A stretch of 38,505 nucleotides of DNA from Desulfonatronovibrionaceae bacterium (GTDB lineage: Bacteria; Desulfobacterota; Desulfovibrionia; Desulfovibrionales; Desulfonatronovibrionaceae). Shown here piece after piece: positions 1 through 9,594 of the stretch (the stretch's first letter is position 1; each line of letters opens with the position of its first letter). The notes beneath the pieces are model-generated. The model was not told the DNA's origin and searched no databases. It was given only the letters and a program-made list of their open reading frames with translations. The position numbers and the translations under genes are program-made. Location: contig JBKHGE010000004.1 of assembly GCA_046539845.1 (NCBI GenBank), positions 62,001 through 100,505 of the forward strand, written 5' to 3'.

Positions 1-188
1 GCGGACTTGTTGAAATCCTCGATGGGGAACACGGACCTAAAGACCGCCTCCAGCCCTTTGTCCATACGGTTCTCGGGCGGGGCATCAAACTGCAAAAGCT
101 CTTTGTATGAGTTCACCTGCAGAGTCAGCAGGTTCGGAATTTCCAAAGGCCTTCTGATTTTCCCGAAATTTTTTACGAATCGCGCCAT
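1..188 (-). CDS. rpoB: RNA polymerase beta subunit, 5' end (runs off the window)
   Basis: Not in the ORF track. Manual translation from ATG at 188 gives MARFVKNFGKIRRPLEIPNLLTLQVNSYKELLQ...GLEAVFRSVFPIEDF, the RpoB N-terminus. AGAGG RBS upstream; follows rplL. Confidence 0.96.
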   Translation of the reverse strand, partial: MARFVKNFGKIRRPLEIPNLLTLQVNSYKELLQFDAPPENRMDKGLEAVFRSVFPIEDFNKS

Positions 189-293
189 TTCAATCCTCTT
201 GCATGCAGGGATGTTCTTTTTAAGGTAGGGATGCGCATCTTCAAATTAGGATGCAAAAACCAGTATCAAAATAAGTTAGACAACAATAACAAA

Positions 294-339
294 TGTTTTA
301 AGAGCGCAATACCCCCTGGGAAGTTGCGCTCTTAAAACA
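294..339 (-). terminator. Hairpin between rplL and rpoB (terminator/attenuator)
   Basis: Perfect 16-bp inverted repeat TGTTTTAAGAGCGCAA (294-309) / TTGCGCTCTTAAAACA (324-339), followed on the minus strand by TTTGTTATTGTT. Confidence 0.7.
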
Positions 340-366
340 GAGTACTGGAAATTAAGAAACAGTTTG

Positions 367-759
367 TTATTTGAGCTCGACAGTTGCGCCGGCCTCTTCA
401 AGCTGGGATTTAGCGTCTTCGGCCTGCTCCTTGGTTACGGCTTCCTTGATGGGGGAAGGCAGTTCATCCACCTTGGCCTTGGCCTCTTTAAGACCCAGGC
501 CGGTCAAAGCCCGTACGGCCTTGATCACGGCGATCTTGTTTCCGCCCACTTCCTTGAGTACGACATCAAATTCAGTCTGCTCTTCTTCCGGCTCGCCGCC
601 TCCGGCATCACCGGCTGCAGGAGCAGCTGCTGCCGCGGCCACAGGAGCAGCTGCGGAAACACCGAACTTGTCCTCGAGCTCCTTGATAAATTCGGAGAGC
701 TCCAAAACTGTCATATTTGAAATAAAATCAATTACCTGCTCTTTTGTTACCTCTGCCAT
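367..759 (-). CDS. rplL: 50S ribosomal protein L7/L12
   Basis: [23 protein letters not shown], Ala-rich hinge, [20 protein letters not shown]. Confidence 0.99.
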   Translation of the reverse strand: MAEVTKEQVIDFISNMTVLELSEFIKELEDKFGVSAAAPVAAAAAAPAAGDAGGGEPEEEQTEFDVVLKEVGGNKIAVIKAVRALTGLGLKEAKAKVDELPSPIKEAVTKEQAEDAKSQLEEAGATVELK

Positions 760-789
760 TTGTTCCTCCTTAAAACTTTAAACTTTGAC

Positions 790-1311
790 TCATCCCTGTT
801 CTTTCTGCTCTTTAATGGCGTTCATTGCATAAAGCATGTTACGGAGCAGATTGGCGAACACGCAGACAAAATTGGTGGGAACAGCATTCATCGTGGCCAG
901 TGTCTTGGCCAGCAGCTCTTCCCTGCCCGGCAGTTTGGCCAACTGATCTATCTGCTCGTCCGTCAGATAGCTGCCGTCCAGACTGGCAAACTTGGTCTTC
1001 ATCTTTTTGTTCTTCTTGATGAATTCCACCAGAAGCTTGGCAGTCTGAACCGGATCGTCATAGCCAAAGGCTATTCCGCAGTTCTCAACCAGTTTGCCGC
1101 TCAGGCAGTCGTGGGGTCCGTCCTTCAAGGCAATTCCGGCCAAGGTGTTTTTTACCACCTTGTACTCCACACCCTGCTCGCGCAGCTTGCTGCGCAAACC
1201 GGACATCTCCTCCACGGAGAGCCCTTTGAAGTCAGTCACCACGGCAATTTTGGACTTGTCCGCCTTGCTCTTCAGGCTTTCAATCACTTCTGCCTTTTCT
1301 GCCCTTTTCAC
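790..1311 (-). CDS. rplJ: 50S ribosomal protein L10
   Basis: DFKGLSV, YKVVKNTLA and LPGREELLA motifs; GTG start; lies between rplA and rplL. Confidence 0.98.
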   Translation of the reverse strand: MKRAEKAEVIESLKSKADKSKIAVVTDFKGLSVEEMSGLRSKLREQGVEYKVVKNTLAGIALKDGPHDCLSGKLVENCGIAFGYDDPVQTAKLLVEFIKKNKKMKTKFASLDGSYLTDEQIDQLAKLPGREELLAKTLATMNAVPTNFVCVFANLLRNMLYAMNAIKEQKEQG

Positions 1312-1340
1312 CTCAACACCTCTCTTTATATATAGGGCAC

Positions 1341-1403
1341 AGAGTCAAAGCGGTCTCGGCAGGAGATTAAGGCCCGCAGGCCGCCTGCTGTCTCTGACTC
1401 TTT
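1341..1403 (-). promoter_or_regulatory. L10 ribosomal protein leader (autoregulatory RNA)
   Basis: Minus strand AGAGTCAGAGACAGCAGG-CGGCCTGCGGGCC-TTAATCT-CCTGCCGAGACCGC-TTTGACTCT: AGACAGCAGG...TTAA...CCTGCCGAG core inside an AGAGTCA/TGACTCT stem, directly 5' of rplJ. Confidence 0.85.
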
Positions 1404-1414
1404 TCCCCGATTGG

Positions 1415-2122
1415 CTACTTTTCCACCAAGGACCGGATGTTGCTGGAGTCTATCTTAACCCCGGGACCCATGGTCGTGGACACGGATATCCCCCGCAAAT
1501 AAGTCCCTTTGGCAGAGGCTGGCTTCAGCTTCTGTAGGGAATCGATAAACAGGGCCAGATTCTCCTTAATCTTATCCGGGCCGAAAGAAACCTTTCCCAT
1601 GGGGGCGTGCACCACTCCGGCCTTGTCCACCCGGAATTCTACCTTGCCCGCCTTGAGTTCCTTGATTGCCGGCCCCAGATCAAAGGTAACCGTTCCCGCC
1701 TTGGGATTGGGCATAAGACCCCTGGGTCCGAGGATTTTGCCGATCTTGCCTACGTGGGCCATCATGTCCGGCGTGGCTACCGCCTTGTCAAACTCCAGCC
1801 ATCCGTTTTTGATCTGATCGACTATTTCCTCGTCGCCAACATAGTCCGCTCCAGCCTCACGAGCCTCTTCCTGCTTCTCTCCCTTGCAAAAGGCCAGGAC
1901 CCGGACTTCTTTGCCCAGGCCATGTGGCAGGGAGCAGGCCCCCCGGACCATCTGGTCCGAGTATTTCGGATTCACCCCGAGCACCACGGCGACATCGACT
2001 GTTTCGTCGAAATTGGCAAACGAGGAGTCCAGGGCCAGATTGATCCCCTCCTGCAAAGGGTACCTTTTAGAGGTATCAATATTTTCCGCCTTTTGTATAT
2101 ATCTCTTTCCGCGCTTAGGCAT
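1415..2122 (-). CDS. rplA: 50S ribosomal protein L1
   Basis: [37 protein letters not shown] at 2122 chosen over GTG at 2134 because the GAGGGGTGA RBS is correctly spaced. Confidence 0.98.
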   Translation of the reverse strand: MPKRGKRYIQKAENIDTSKRYPLQEGINLALDSSFANFDETVDVAVVLGVNPKYSDQMVRGACSLPHGLGKEVRVLAFCKGEKQEEAREAGADYVGDEEIVDQIKNGWLEFDKAVATPDMMAHVGKIGKILGPRGLMPNPKAGTVTFDLGPAIKELKAGKVEFRVDKAGVVHAPMGKVSFGPDKIKENLALFIDSLQKLKPASAKGTYLRGISVSTTMGPGVKIDSSNIRSLVEK

Positions 2123-2141
2123 AGCCTGACTCACCCCTCAG

Positions 2142-2567
2142 CTAATTTTCTATTTCAAGTCCCATGCTTTTCGCTGTCCCCGCAATGGAATTCACTGCGG
2201 CATCCAAATCCACCGCCGTCAGGTCCGGCATCTTTATATTGGCTATCTCTTCCAGCTGTTTACGGGTTACACTGCCCACTTTATTCCTGTTCGGCTCTCC
2301 GGAACCCTTGTCTATATTGGCGGCTTTGCGCAGCAGAACCGATGCAGGGGGGGTCTTAGTAATAAAACTGAACGAGCGGTCCTGATAAACAGTAATAATG
2401 ACCGGGGTTATCATGCCCTTATCGTCTTGAGTCTTGGCATTAAACGCCTTGCAGAACTCCATGATATTCACACCGTGCTGCCCCAGGGCCGGTCCTACCG
2501 GAGGGGAGGGGTTGGCTGAACCTGCGGGGATCTGCAATTTTATTTTGGCAATGACCTTTTTCGCCAT
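2142..2567 (-). CDS. rplK: 50S ribosomal protein L11
   Basis: [37 protein letters not shown]. Confidence 0.99.
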   Translation of the reverse strand: MAKKVIAKIKLQIPAGSANPSPPVGPALGQHGVNIMEFCKAFNAKTQDDKGMITPVIITVYQDRSFSFITKTPPASVLLRKAANIDKGSGEPNRNKVGSVTRKQLEEIANIKMPDLTAVDLDAAVNSIAGTAKSMGLEIEN

Positions 2568-2608
2568 ATATAAACACCACCTTCTCTTGATATTATCAAA
2601 AAGCTAAA

Positions 2609-3148
2609 TCAGCTTTTGGTTACCTGGACAAAGTCGAGTTCAACCGGGGTCTGACGGCCGAATATAGACACTGTCACCTTGAGCTTACCCTTGTCGTAGT
2701 TGACTTCCTCCACTACCGCATTAAAGCCGCCAAAGGGACCATCGATAACCCGGACATCGTCACCGTGCTCGAAATGAAATTTCGGGCGTGGCTGTTCATT
2801 CCTGGATTCAACAGCGGTCAAGATCCTTTCCGCCTCTTTGTCGGTCAAAGGGGTAGGTCGCGTCCTTCCGCCGATAAAGCCGGTGACCTTGGGAATGGAC
2901 TGCACTGCATGCCAGGTTTCGTCATCCAGGACCATCTTGACCAGTACATAGCCGGGATAAAACTTGCGGGTAGAGGTCTTTTTTTGACCCTTGACCAGCT
3001 CCACGACCTTTTCCGTGGGCACGATCACATCCTCAATACGCCCGCTCTCCTGGTCCTTTCGGATCATCTCCCGAATGGTCTTTTCCACCCGCTGCTCATA
3101 CCCGGAGTAGGTATGGACAATGTACCACCTGGCTTTGGATTCCTGCAT
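2609..3148 (-). CDS. nusG: Transcription termination/antitermination factor NusG
   Basis: WYIVHTYSGYE, KFYPGYVLV, KOW domain VRVIDGPF...VSIFGRQTPVEL. Confidence 0.99.
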   Translation of the reverse strand: MQESKARWYIVHTYSGYEQRVEKTIREMIRKDQESGRIEDVIVPTEKVVELVKGQKKTSTRKFYPGYVLVKMVLDDETWHAVQSIPKVTGFIGGRTRPTPLTDKEAERILTAVESRNEQPRPKFHFEHGDDVRVIDGPFGGFNAVVEEVNYDKGKLKVTVSIFGRQTPVELDFVQVTKS

Positions 3149-3163
3149 GCATTCACCGTTGAT

Positions 3164-3409
3164 TTAGGACAATACCAGCTCGACAATCTTGGCCAGGGTA
3201 AAATCGGCCAGACCGAGAAAAACAGAAACAATGGCCACCAGGACTGCCACAGCAGCACCAGTGGTGAGAGTCTCCTTACGCGAGGGCCAAGTCACCTTTT
3301 TCAACTCGACCTTGGCCTGCTCCAGAAATTCCTTGAATTGCTGCACTCTGCCCTTCATCCCTGCCGGGGCCTCCGGCTGGACTGTGGCCGACTTTTTTTT
3401 CTTGCCCAT
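3164..3409 (-). CDS. secE: Preprotein translocase subunit SecE
   Basis: ELKKVTWPSRKE followed by a single TM helix; lies between tRNA-Trp and nusG. Confidence 0.97.
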   Translation of the reverse strand: MGKKKKSATVQPEAPAGMKGRVQQFKEFLEQAKVELKKVTWPSRKETLTTGAAVAVLVAIVSVFLGLADFTLAKIVELVLS

Positions 3410-3441
3410 AAACTACCGTTTCCGGAATTATTTGTTTTTAA

Positions 3442-3518
3442 TGGCAGGCCAGGAGGGACTCGAACCCCCAGCCTTCGGATTTGGAGTCCGGCGCTCTACC
3501 AATTGGAGCTACTGGCCT
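3442..3518 (-). tRNA. tRNA-Trp(CCA)
   Basis: AGGCCAGTAGCTCCAATTGGTAGAGCGCCGGACT-CCA-AATCCGAAGGCTGGGGGTTCGAGTCCCTCCTGGCCTGCCA: cloverleaf with encoded CCA end. Confidence 0.97.
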
Positions 3519-3536
3519 GCAAATATCAGCACTACG

Positions 3537-3686
3537 CTACTTGCGTTCCCTATGTTTGGTATGCCGCCCGCAAAAAGGGCAGAACTTGCTAAGCTCCAGT
3601 TTTGCGGGTGTATTCTTTTTATTCTTGCTGGTAGCGTAGTTCCTTCTCTTGCACTCGGAACAGGAAAGCAATGTGTTAATGCGCAT
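3537..3686 (-). CDS. rpmG: 50S ribosomal protein L33 (Zn-ribbon type, 49 aa)
   Basis: Too short for the ORF track. Manual translation: [49 protein letters not shown], with two CxxC pairs. Confidence 0.97.
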   Translation of the reverse strand: MRINTLLSCSECKRRNYATSKNKKNTPAKLELSKFCPFCGRHTKHRERK

Positions 3687-3690
3687 CTAC

Positions 3691-4884
3691 CTACTCCACT
3701 ATTTCGGAAACGACTCCCGCACCAACGGTACGGCCGCCCTCCCGGATGGCGAAACGAAGACCCGGCTCCATGGCCACCGGGACTATCAACTCAACCAAAA
3801 ACGTGGTGTTGTCACCGGGCATGATCATCTCCACCCCGTCCGGCAGCGTCACTACACCAGTCACATCTGTGGTCCGAAAATAAAACTGAGGACGATAACC
3901 TGAGAAAAACGGAGTGTGACGACCGCCTTCCTCCTTGTTCAAAACATATACCTCGGCCTTGAAATTGCGATGCGGGGTTATCGAACCCGGTGCAGCCAAT
4001 ACCTGACCGCGCTCTACATCGTCGCGCTTCACGCCGCGCAAAAGAGCTCCAATATTGTCACCGGCCTCACCCTGGTCCAATATCTTGCGGAACATCTCCA
4101 CACCGGTGCAAACCGTCTTGGTCGTGTCCTTCATACCTACTATCTCGACCTCGTTGCCCACCTTGATCACGCCGCGTTCCACTCGACCGGTCACAACCGT
4201 CCCCCGACCGGATATGGAAAACACATCCTCGATGGGCATCAAAAACGGCTTGTCTATATCACGCTCCGGCTCGGGTATAAAATCATCACACGCCTGCAAA
4301 AGCTCCCATACGCACTTGGCTTCTTCGCTCTTCGCATCCTCGGTCTCCAAAGCCTTCAAAGCGCTGCCGGATATCACCGGGGTATCGTCTCCGGGAAAAT
4401 CATACTTGCTCAAAAGCTCCCGAACCTCCAGCTCTACAAGCTCCAAAAGCTCAGGGTCGTCTACAAGATCAACCTTGTTCAAAAAAACCACTATGCTCGG
4501 AACTCCAACCTGACGGGCAAGAAGAATGTGCTCCCGGGTCTGCGGCATCGGACCGTCCGTGGCAGCAACAACCAATATCGCGCCGTCCATCTGGGCCGCA
4601 CCTGTAATCATATTCTTGATGTAGTCAGCGTGACCCGGGCAGTCCACATGCGCATAATGCCGCTTGTCAGACTCGTACTCCACATGAGCAGTGGCTATCG
4701 TGATACCACGCTCCTTCTCCTCAGGCGCCTTGTCTATCTCATCAAAAGCCACATGCTTGCCGGTGCCGCTGCGGCTCAAAACATTCGTGATCGCTGCCGT
4801 CAATGTCGTCTTGCCGTGGTCTATATGACCCACGGTGCCAATATTCACATGCGGCTTCGTGCGTTCGTACTTGGACTTGCTCAT
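3691..4884 (-). CDS. tuf: Elongation factor Tu
   Basis: [22 protein letters not shown]-terminal [10 protein letters not shown]. Confidence 0.99.
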   Translation of the reverse strand: MSKSKYERTKPHVNIGTVGHIDHGKTTLTAAITNVLSRSGTGKHVAFDEIDKAPEEKERGITIATAHVEYESDKRHYAHVDCPGHADYIKNMITGAAQMDGAILVVAATDGPMPQTREHILLARQVGVPSIVVFLNKVDLVDDPELLELVELEVRELLSKYDFPGDDTPVISGSALKALETEDAKSEEAKCVWELLQACDDFIPEPERDIDKPFLMPIEDVFSISGRGTVVTGRVERGVIKVGNEVEIVGMKDTTKTVCTGVEMFRKILDQGEAGDNIGALLRGVKRDDVERGQVLAAPGSITPHRNFKAEVYVLNKEEGGRHTPFFSGYRPQFYFRTTDVTGVVTLPDGVEMIMPGDNTTFLVELIVPVAMEPGLRFAIREGGRTVGAGVVSEIVE

Positions 4885-4978
4885 AACCTACCCCCTAAAA
4901 AAAATTTAAGTTTGTCCTGTTATCGGCCTTTTTCCGGAATATATATACTTACAGAGGAAGGATATCGACTGGACAAAA

Positions 4979-5054
4979 TGGAGCCCACGACCGGACTTGA
5001 ACCGGTGACCTCTTCCTTACCAAGGAAGTGCTCCACCGACTGAGCTACGTGGGC
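4979..5054 (-). tRNA. tRNA-Thr(GGT)
   Basis: Anticodon arm CTTCC-TTGGTAA-GGAAG, GGTTCAAGTCC T-arm, CCA end. Confidence 0.97.
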
Positions 5055-5077
5055 CTGCCTGAGACCGGTCACAATAA

Positions 5078-5155
5078 TGGAGCGGGAAACGGGACTCGAA
5101 CCCGCAACCCTCAGCTTGGAAGGCTGATGCTCTAGCCAGATTGAGCTATTCCCGC
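5078..5155 (-). tRNA. tRNA-Gly(TCC)
   Basis: Anticodon arm TCAGC-CTTCCAA-GCTGA, GGTTCGAGTCC, CCA end. Confidence 0.97.
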
Positions 5156-5213
5156 CATTGTAACCGAGTAGTCCAGCAACAGGATAACCTGCCTCCTACT
5201 CAAAAAATACAAA

Positions 5214-5299
5214 TGGTGGAGGGGGGAGGATTCGAACCTCCGAAGGCGAATGCCGACAGATTTACAGTCTGTTCCCTTTGGCCACTCGGGAACCCCTCC
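5214..5299 (-). tRNA. tRNA-Tyr(GTA)
   Basis: Anticodon arm ACAGA-CTGTAAA-TCTGT, long variable arm, CCA end. Confidence 0.97.
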
Positions 5300-5308
5300 A
5301 CTTCAGCC

Positions 5309-5384
5309 TGGAGCTGGCGATGGGACTCGAACCCGCAACCTGCTGATTACAAATCAGCTGCTCTGCCAATTGAGCTACGCCAGC
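5309..5384 (-). tRNA. tRNA-Thr(TGT)
   Basis: Anticodon arm GCTGA-TTTGTAA-TCAGC, GGTTCGAGTCC, CCA end. Confidence 0.97.
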
Positions 5385-5396
5385 AAGGAAGAGGGT

Positions 5397-5425
5397 CTTA
5401 TAGACGTTTATCTTTTAAAACGCAA
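5397..5425 (-). promoter_or_regulatory. Putative sigma70 promoter of the tRNA-tuf operon
   Basis: TTGCGT-N17-TATAAG ending 12 bp before tRNA-Thr(TGT). Confidence 0.6.
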
Positions 5426-5542
5426 CCCCTTTTCCCTGGGGTGAAAAAAATTTTCTTTTCCCAGGCCCGAGGCGGCTTATATAACCTTGTCAGCCATTTC
5501 CCGGCCGGGGGTGGCCGGGAAATGTACGCGAACTACCCGGGA

Positions 5543-6421
5543 CTATTCCGGGGCCACAGCGATCTCCAGACTGGTCTCAGCGGCCCGGGACACGTTATCT
5601 GCGAGCCGAAAAAGTTCGTTTCTTGCCGGGGACTCGATGTCCTGCATTACCAAAGGCGTTCCGGTATCTCCAGCAATAACTGCCAAAGGATCCAGAGGCA
5701 CCGCCCCCAAGAAATCAAGCCCGTATTTTTCGGCCAAGGCCTTGCCCCCGCCTTTTTTGAACAGCTCAATCTCTTTACGGCAGTGCGGGCAATAAAGCCC
5801 GCTCATATTCTCTACTATACCCAGGACGTTGGCCCTGGCGTACTGCAGAAAATTTACCGCCTTGCGTACGTCGGCCAGGGAGACCTCCTGGGGAGTGGTG
5901 ACCACCACGCAGAGTGCGTCCGGAATGGTCTGAAGTACGGTCATGGGTTCATCCCCGGTGCCGGGAGGAGAGTCAACGACCAGAAAATCCAGTCCGCCCC
6001 ACTGCACATCCGCAATAAACTGCCGGATTACTGTGGTCTTCATGGGCCCCTTCCACAGAACCGCCTGATCCGGGTTGCGCAGAAGGGACTGCATGGAAAC
6101 CACAGACAGGTTTTTACTGTATCTTTTGGGCTCGATCATGTTTTTCTCGTTCATGTCCAAAAGCCCTTCTATCCCCAACAGGCGGGGTACGCTGGGACCG
6201 TGGATATCCACGTCCAAAAGCCCCACTTTATTCCCCTGCTGGGCCAGTGCCGCAGCCAAATTCGCGGCGATGGAACTCTTGCCCACACCACCCTTGCCGC
6301 TCATGACAAAGATCTTATACCTTATATGGGAAAGGGTGGAGGAGATGATCTCGTCCTGCAGTGCCCTGGAAGCACCGCCCTTATTTTTTTCATTTGTCGC
6401 GTTGTGGGCCTGTTTATCCAT
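5543..6421 (-). CDS. mrp: Mrp/NBP35 (ApbC) Fe-S cluster carrier ATPase
   Basis: SGKGGVGKS, DVDIHGPS, DSPPGTGD, VTTPQ, ENMS..CPHC. Confidence 0.95.
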   Translation of the reverse strand: MDKQAHNATNEKNKGGASRALQDEIISSTLSHIRYKIFVMSGKGGVGKSSIAANLAAALAQQGNKVGLLDVDIHGPSVPRLLGIEGLLDMNEKNMIEPKRYSKNLSVVSMQSLLRNPDQAVLWKGPMKTTVIRQFIADVQWGGLDFLVVDSPPGTGDEPMTVLQTIPDALCVVVTTPQEVSLADVRKAVNFLQYARANVLGIVENMSGLYCPHCRKEIELFKKGGGKALAEKYGLDFLGAVPLDPLAVIAGDTGTPLVMQDIESPARNELFRLADNVSRAAETSLEIAVAPE

Positions 6422-6563
6422 TTGACCTCCTTATATATACGGCGTTTTGCGTGTGTTCAGCGCTAAAGATCCGCCTCGTAAAAATGACTCTTGGGCGAGC
6501 CTTTTGGTTTTTATATTGCTTCCGTCTGATCCTTTTGGATGCCAAATTTCTGACTGGGGTCAT

Positions 6564-7148
6564 TTAAAGAAACTTCAGGACCACGAACCCCAGTACTCCG
6601 ACGACTAGGGCCAGAATCAAAAGGAGATCAAACCTCTTTTCCACGAACTCCCTGGCCTGTTCTCCCTTCCATTTGATCAGTCCGGCCAAAATAAAAAATC
6701 GCCCTCCCCTGGATAGGGCAGAGGCCACAACAAAGACCGGCCAGTTAATCTGAAAGGCCCCGGCGGTCAAGGTACACACCTTATACGGCAGGGGAGTGAA
6801 CCCGGCCAGGGCCACTGCCCAAGCATCGTACCGATCATACCACTTATGGGCGATTTGATATTTGTCCATAAGCCCATAGAACTCAAGTATGGGAAATCCT
6901 ATGGACTGCATAAAGAAATAGCCCAGAAAATAGCCGAGCACCCCGCCCAAAAGCGACGTCCACAGGCAGAGCCAAGCCAGAGAAAAGCTCTTGTCCCGAT
7001 TGGACATGGCCATGGGAATCAAAAAGAGATCCGGAGGGATGGGGAAAAAAACCGCCTCGGTAAAAGAGACCACGCCCAGGACCTTTCTTGCCCCACGGCG
7101 GGCGGCAAGATCCCAGAGTTTGTCCATCCATGCGCGCACAAACCGCAT
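6564..7148 (-). CDS. YqaA/DedA (SNARE-associated) family membrane protein
   Basis: SFTEAVFFPIPPD, AGFTPLPYKV and SRGGRF motifs. ATG at 7148 just after the pcm stop; the pcm-yqaA pairing is a common arrangement. Confidence 0.9.
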   Translation of the reverse strand: MRFVRAWMDKLWDLAARRGARKVLGVVSFTEAVFFPIPPDLFLIPMAMSNRDKSFSLAWLCLWTSLLGGVLGYFLGYFFMQSIGFPILEFYGLMDKYQIAHKWYDRYDAWAVALAGFTPLPYKVCTLTAGAFQINWPVFVVASALSRGGRFFILAGLIKWKGEQAREFVEKRFDLLLILALVVGVLGFVVLKFL

Positions 7149-7156
7149 GCAACAGC

Positions 7157-7801
7157 CTACCAACCGAACTTCCCGACCAAGTCGACAAAAGCCACCCGGC
7201 CCAATTTTTCCTCCTCATATCCGCCATTGGTCCTTTGTACCCGGACCAAAGTCTGGGAACGCTTACTGATCCCGACCGGAATAAGCAAAACCCCTTCCGG
7301 GGCCAGCTGGTCCAGCAGGGACTGTGGCACCCGGGGGCCGCCTGCTGTGACCAGGATGCGATCAAAAGGGCCTTCCTCGGGCCAACCCATTGTCCCGTCA
7401 TCCAGCTTGGTCCGGACCCGCGTATATCCGAGTTCCTCCAGCCTCCGGCTGGCAGCCAGATACAGAGAGTCGATACGCTCCACAGTATACACCTCCGCAC
7501 CCATCTCCGCCAGGACCGCGGCCTGATATCCGGATCCGGTCCCTATCTCCAAAACGGCCATGTCCGGCTCGACCTGCAAAAGTTCGCTCATAAGGGCCAC
7601 GATATACGGCTGGGAAATGGTCTGTCCATGACCGATGGGCAGAGGATAGTCTTCATAGGCCTGCCCGTGCAGGGCCTGGTCCACGAAAAGATGCCTGGGG
7701 ACGGTCTGCATGGCGGCCAGCACTCCGGGATCATTAATCCCGCGGGCCTGAATCTGCTCCCGAACCATCCGTTCCCGACTGCGACGAGGGTCAATAGTCA
7801 A
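7157..7801 (-). CDS. pcm: Protein-L-isoaspartate(D-aspartate) O-methyltransferase
   Basis: [44 protein letters not shown] start at 7801 after GGGAG is inferred; the ORF track extends to 7888. Confidence 0.95.
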   Translation of the reverse strand: MTIDPRRSRERMVREQIQARGINDPGVLAAMQTVPRHLFVDQALHGQAYEDYPLPIGHGQTISQPYIVALMSELLQVEPDMAVLEIGTGSGYQAAVLAEMGAEVYTVERIDSLYLAASRRLEELGYTRVRTKLDDGTMGWPEEGPFDRILVTAGGPRVPQSLLDQLAPEGVLLIPVGISKRSQTLVRVQRTNGGYEEEKLGRVAFVDLVGKFGW

Positions 7802-7915
7802 TTTTCGCTCCCGATTCTTTCCCCGCGAGCCGCTCCACCGGGGTAATATTTTGCCTTGGCCTAGGATTTTCCTGTCTGTTTTTTGCAACCTAAAATCAAT
7901 GCGCTTCGGACCGGA

Positions 7916-9079
7916 TTAAACCTTTCCCTCTGGCATTTTTGACCACTGCCTGGGCCGCAGCCATCTAAAGGAGCGCATCCCGTGCACGGTCTGGGCCAGC
8001 TCCGGATGGTATCTGCTCACCAGCATCCTGAACAGGGCATAGTCGAAAGGACTCAAAAGGTGCAGGGTTAACTTACGCCACAACCGGGCGCAGCGCAATT
8101 CCCGGACTATCTCCTGCATTTCCCCGGAGTATTGCTTCGTAGCTGCACGCGGCTTTTTGCCGGATTCGAGTATGGCCCGGGCCGCTAGCAGTCCGGAATA
8201 ATGGGCGTAAAAGATACCCTCGCCCAAAAGGGGATCGGCCAATCCGGCCGCATCCCCGCATAAGAGCACGCGCCCGCAGCCCGGGCGAACCTCGAAATCC
8301 CCGTATGGCAGCGGATGTCCACGGATGCGGCAGGAGGAGACATCCACGCCGAACGAGCGACAATACTGCAAAAATATCCCTTTCAGCTCTTGGGCGCTGC
8401 GTACATCACTGGAACCAATCCCCAGACACTGCCGTTTTTGACCGGGGAAGGCCCACAGATAACCGCTGGGAACGCGGCCGATATGGATACAGGGGAAATC
8501 CGGGAAATCGCCGGCATCGCACGGGACATGGGTTTCCAGGGCCAGGGCCGCCTGCCTGGAAAATGGCGGACGGGTCACTCCCCGGCTGGCCAGCTTCCTG
8601 CGGGCTACACTCATGGCCCCGTCCGCCCCGATAATAAAATCGCCCTGAAGCCGTTCCCCGGATAAGAGTTTTACCATGCCGGTCTCGGGCTCTATGTCCG
8701 TCACTGTTTCCGGGCAGCGCAAAACCGCACCGCTTCTTTGCAGCATCCTCACCAGCAGGGAGTCATAAGCCTTGCGATCCACTAGCAAAAAGGGGTGTTC
8801 CATCTCTCCGGTTAACAGGGGCCGTTCATCTACCCCCAGTCCCCATTTGAAAAACGATCCCTCCAGTATGCCGGAGGTCTTAGCCCCTTTCAGGTCCACC
8901 CCCAGAATCCGGTCCAGAAACTGCTGTGTCTTCCAGGTAAGCAGTCCGCCGCACAGTTTGAAGCGCGGGAAACACTTCCTGTCCAGAACTAGCACCCCTA
9001 GTCCGTGCCGGGAAAGGAGAATCCCGGCGGTGGTGCCGGCCGGGCCGGACCCGCAGATGATCACGTTATAATTAGACAT
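7916..9079 (-). CDS. Geranylgeranyl reductase family FAD-dependent oxidoreductase
   Basis: GSGPAG Rossmann motif, FPRFKLCGG, IIGADG, GYLWAFP, GDAAGLADPLLGEGI. Confidence 0.88.
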   Translation of the reverse strand: MSNYNVIICGSGPAGTTAGILLSRHGLGVLVLDRKCFPRFKLCGGLLTWKTQQFLDRILGVDLKGAKTSGILEGSFFKWGLGVDERPLLTGEMEHPFLLVDRKAYDSLLVRMLQRSGAVLRCPETVTDIEPETGMVKLLSGERLQGDFIIGADGAMSVARRKLASRGVTRPPFSRQAALALETHVPCDAGDFPDFPCIHIGRVPSGYLWAFPGQKRQCLGIGSSDVRSAQELKGIFLQYCRSFGVDVSSCRIRGHPLPYGDFEVRPGCGRVLLCGDAAGLADPLLGEGIFYAHYSGLLAARAILESGKKPRAATKQYSGEMQEIVRELRCARLWRKLTLHLLSPFDYALFRMLVSRYHPELAQTVHGMRSFRWLRPRQWSKMPEGKV

Positions 9080-9162
9080 TCAGCCCACCTGGGAATCACT
9101 TGCTTGCATATCATGGGAATATAAGCCAGTATAAGCCATAAGCACACAACAAGGAGACGGCC

Positions 9163-9594
9163 ATGCTGCAGGTTAAAGATCTCATGACCACAGACCTTTT
9201 CACCCTCGAGCGCACCGACACCCTGGCCAGTGCCAGGTCTATAATGAAGCTCGGCCGGATCAGGCACATACCGATAGTGGACGATCAGAACCGCTTTATC
9301 GGCATTGTTACCCACCGGGACATCCTTTCCGCAACAGTATCCAAACTGGCCGGGATCGATTCCGGTACCCAGAAGGAAATCGATTCCGGCATCCCGGTTA
9401 TGAGCATAATGCGCCCCGATGTTAAGTATGTAACCCCGGAGACCGAGCTCAAGGAAGCGGCCAAACTCCTTTTGGAGCATAAATACGGCTGCCTCCCGGT
9501 GCTTGAGGGAGATAAACTCGTGGGCATCCTAACCGAGGCAGACTTCCTCAGCCTGACCATCTCGCTTATGGAAGCCCTGGAGTCCGAATCGTGA
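9163..9594 (+). CDS. Tandem CBS-domain protein
   Basis: VKDLMT...IRHIPIVD...GIVTHRD and YGCLPVLEGDKLVGILTEADF; AAGGAG RBS. Confidence 0.93.
   Translation: MLQVKDLMTTDLFTLERTDTLASARSIMKLGRIRHIPIVDDQNRFIGIVTHRDILSATVSKLAGIDSGTQKEIDSGIPVMSIMRPDVKYVTPETELKEAAKLLLEHKYGCLPVLEGDKLVGILTEADFLSLTISLMEALESES

Noticed and set aside
3442..5384. Small tRNA irregularities (C-A pair in the Trp anticodon stem, G instead of A21 in Thr-GGT, C-A in the Thr-TGT T-stem)
   Set aside because: Single deviations within normal bacterial tRNA variation; cloverleaves and CCA ends are intact, so these are not pseudogenes.
3916..6466. Long plus-strand ORFs 3916-5043 (375 aa) and 5141-6466 (441 aa)
   Set aside because: Antisense shadows of tuf, tRNAs and mrp. 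They cross tRNA genes and have no recognisable motifs.
9088..9112. Sigma54-like TGGGAATCACTTGC upstream of the CBS gene (similar near-matches at about 6530 and 14230)
   Set aside because: GG-to-GC spacing is off by one or the -12 GC is missing; sigma54 spacing is strict.
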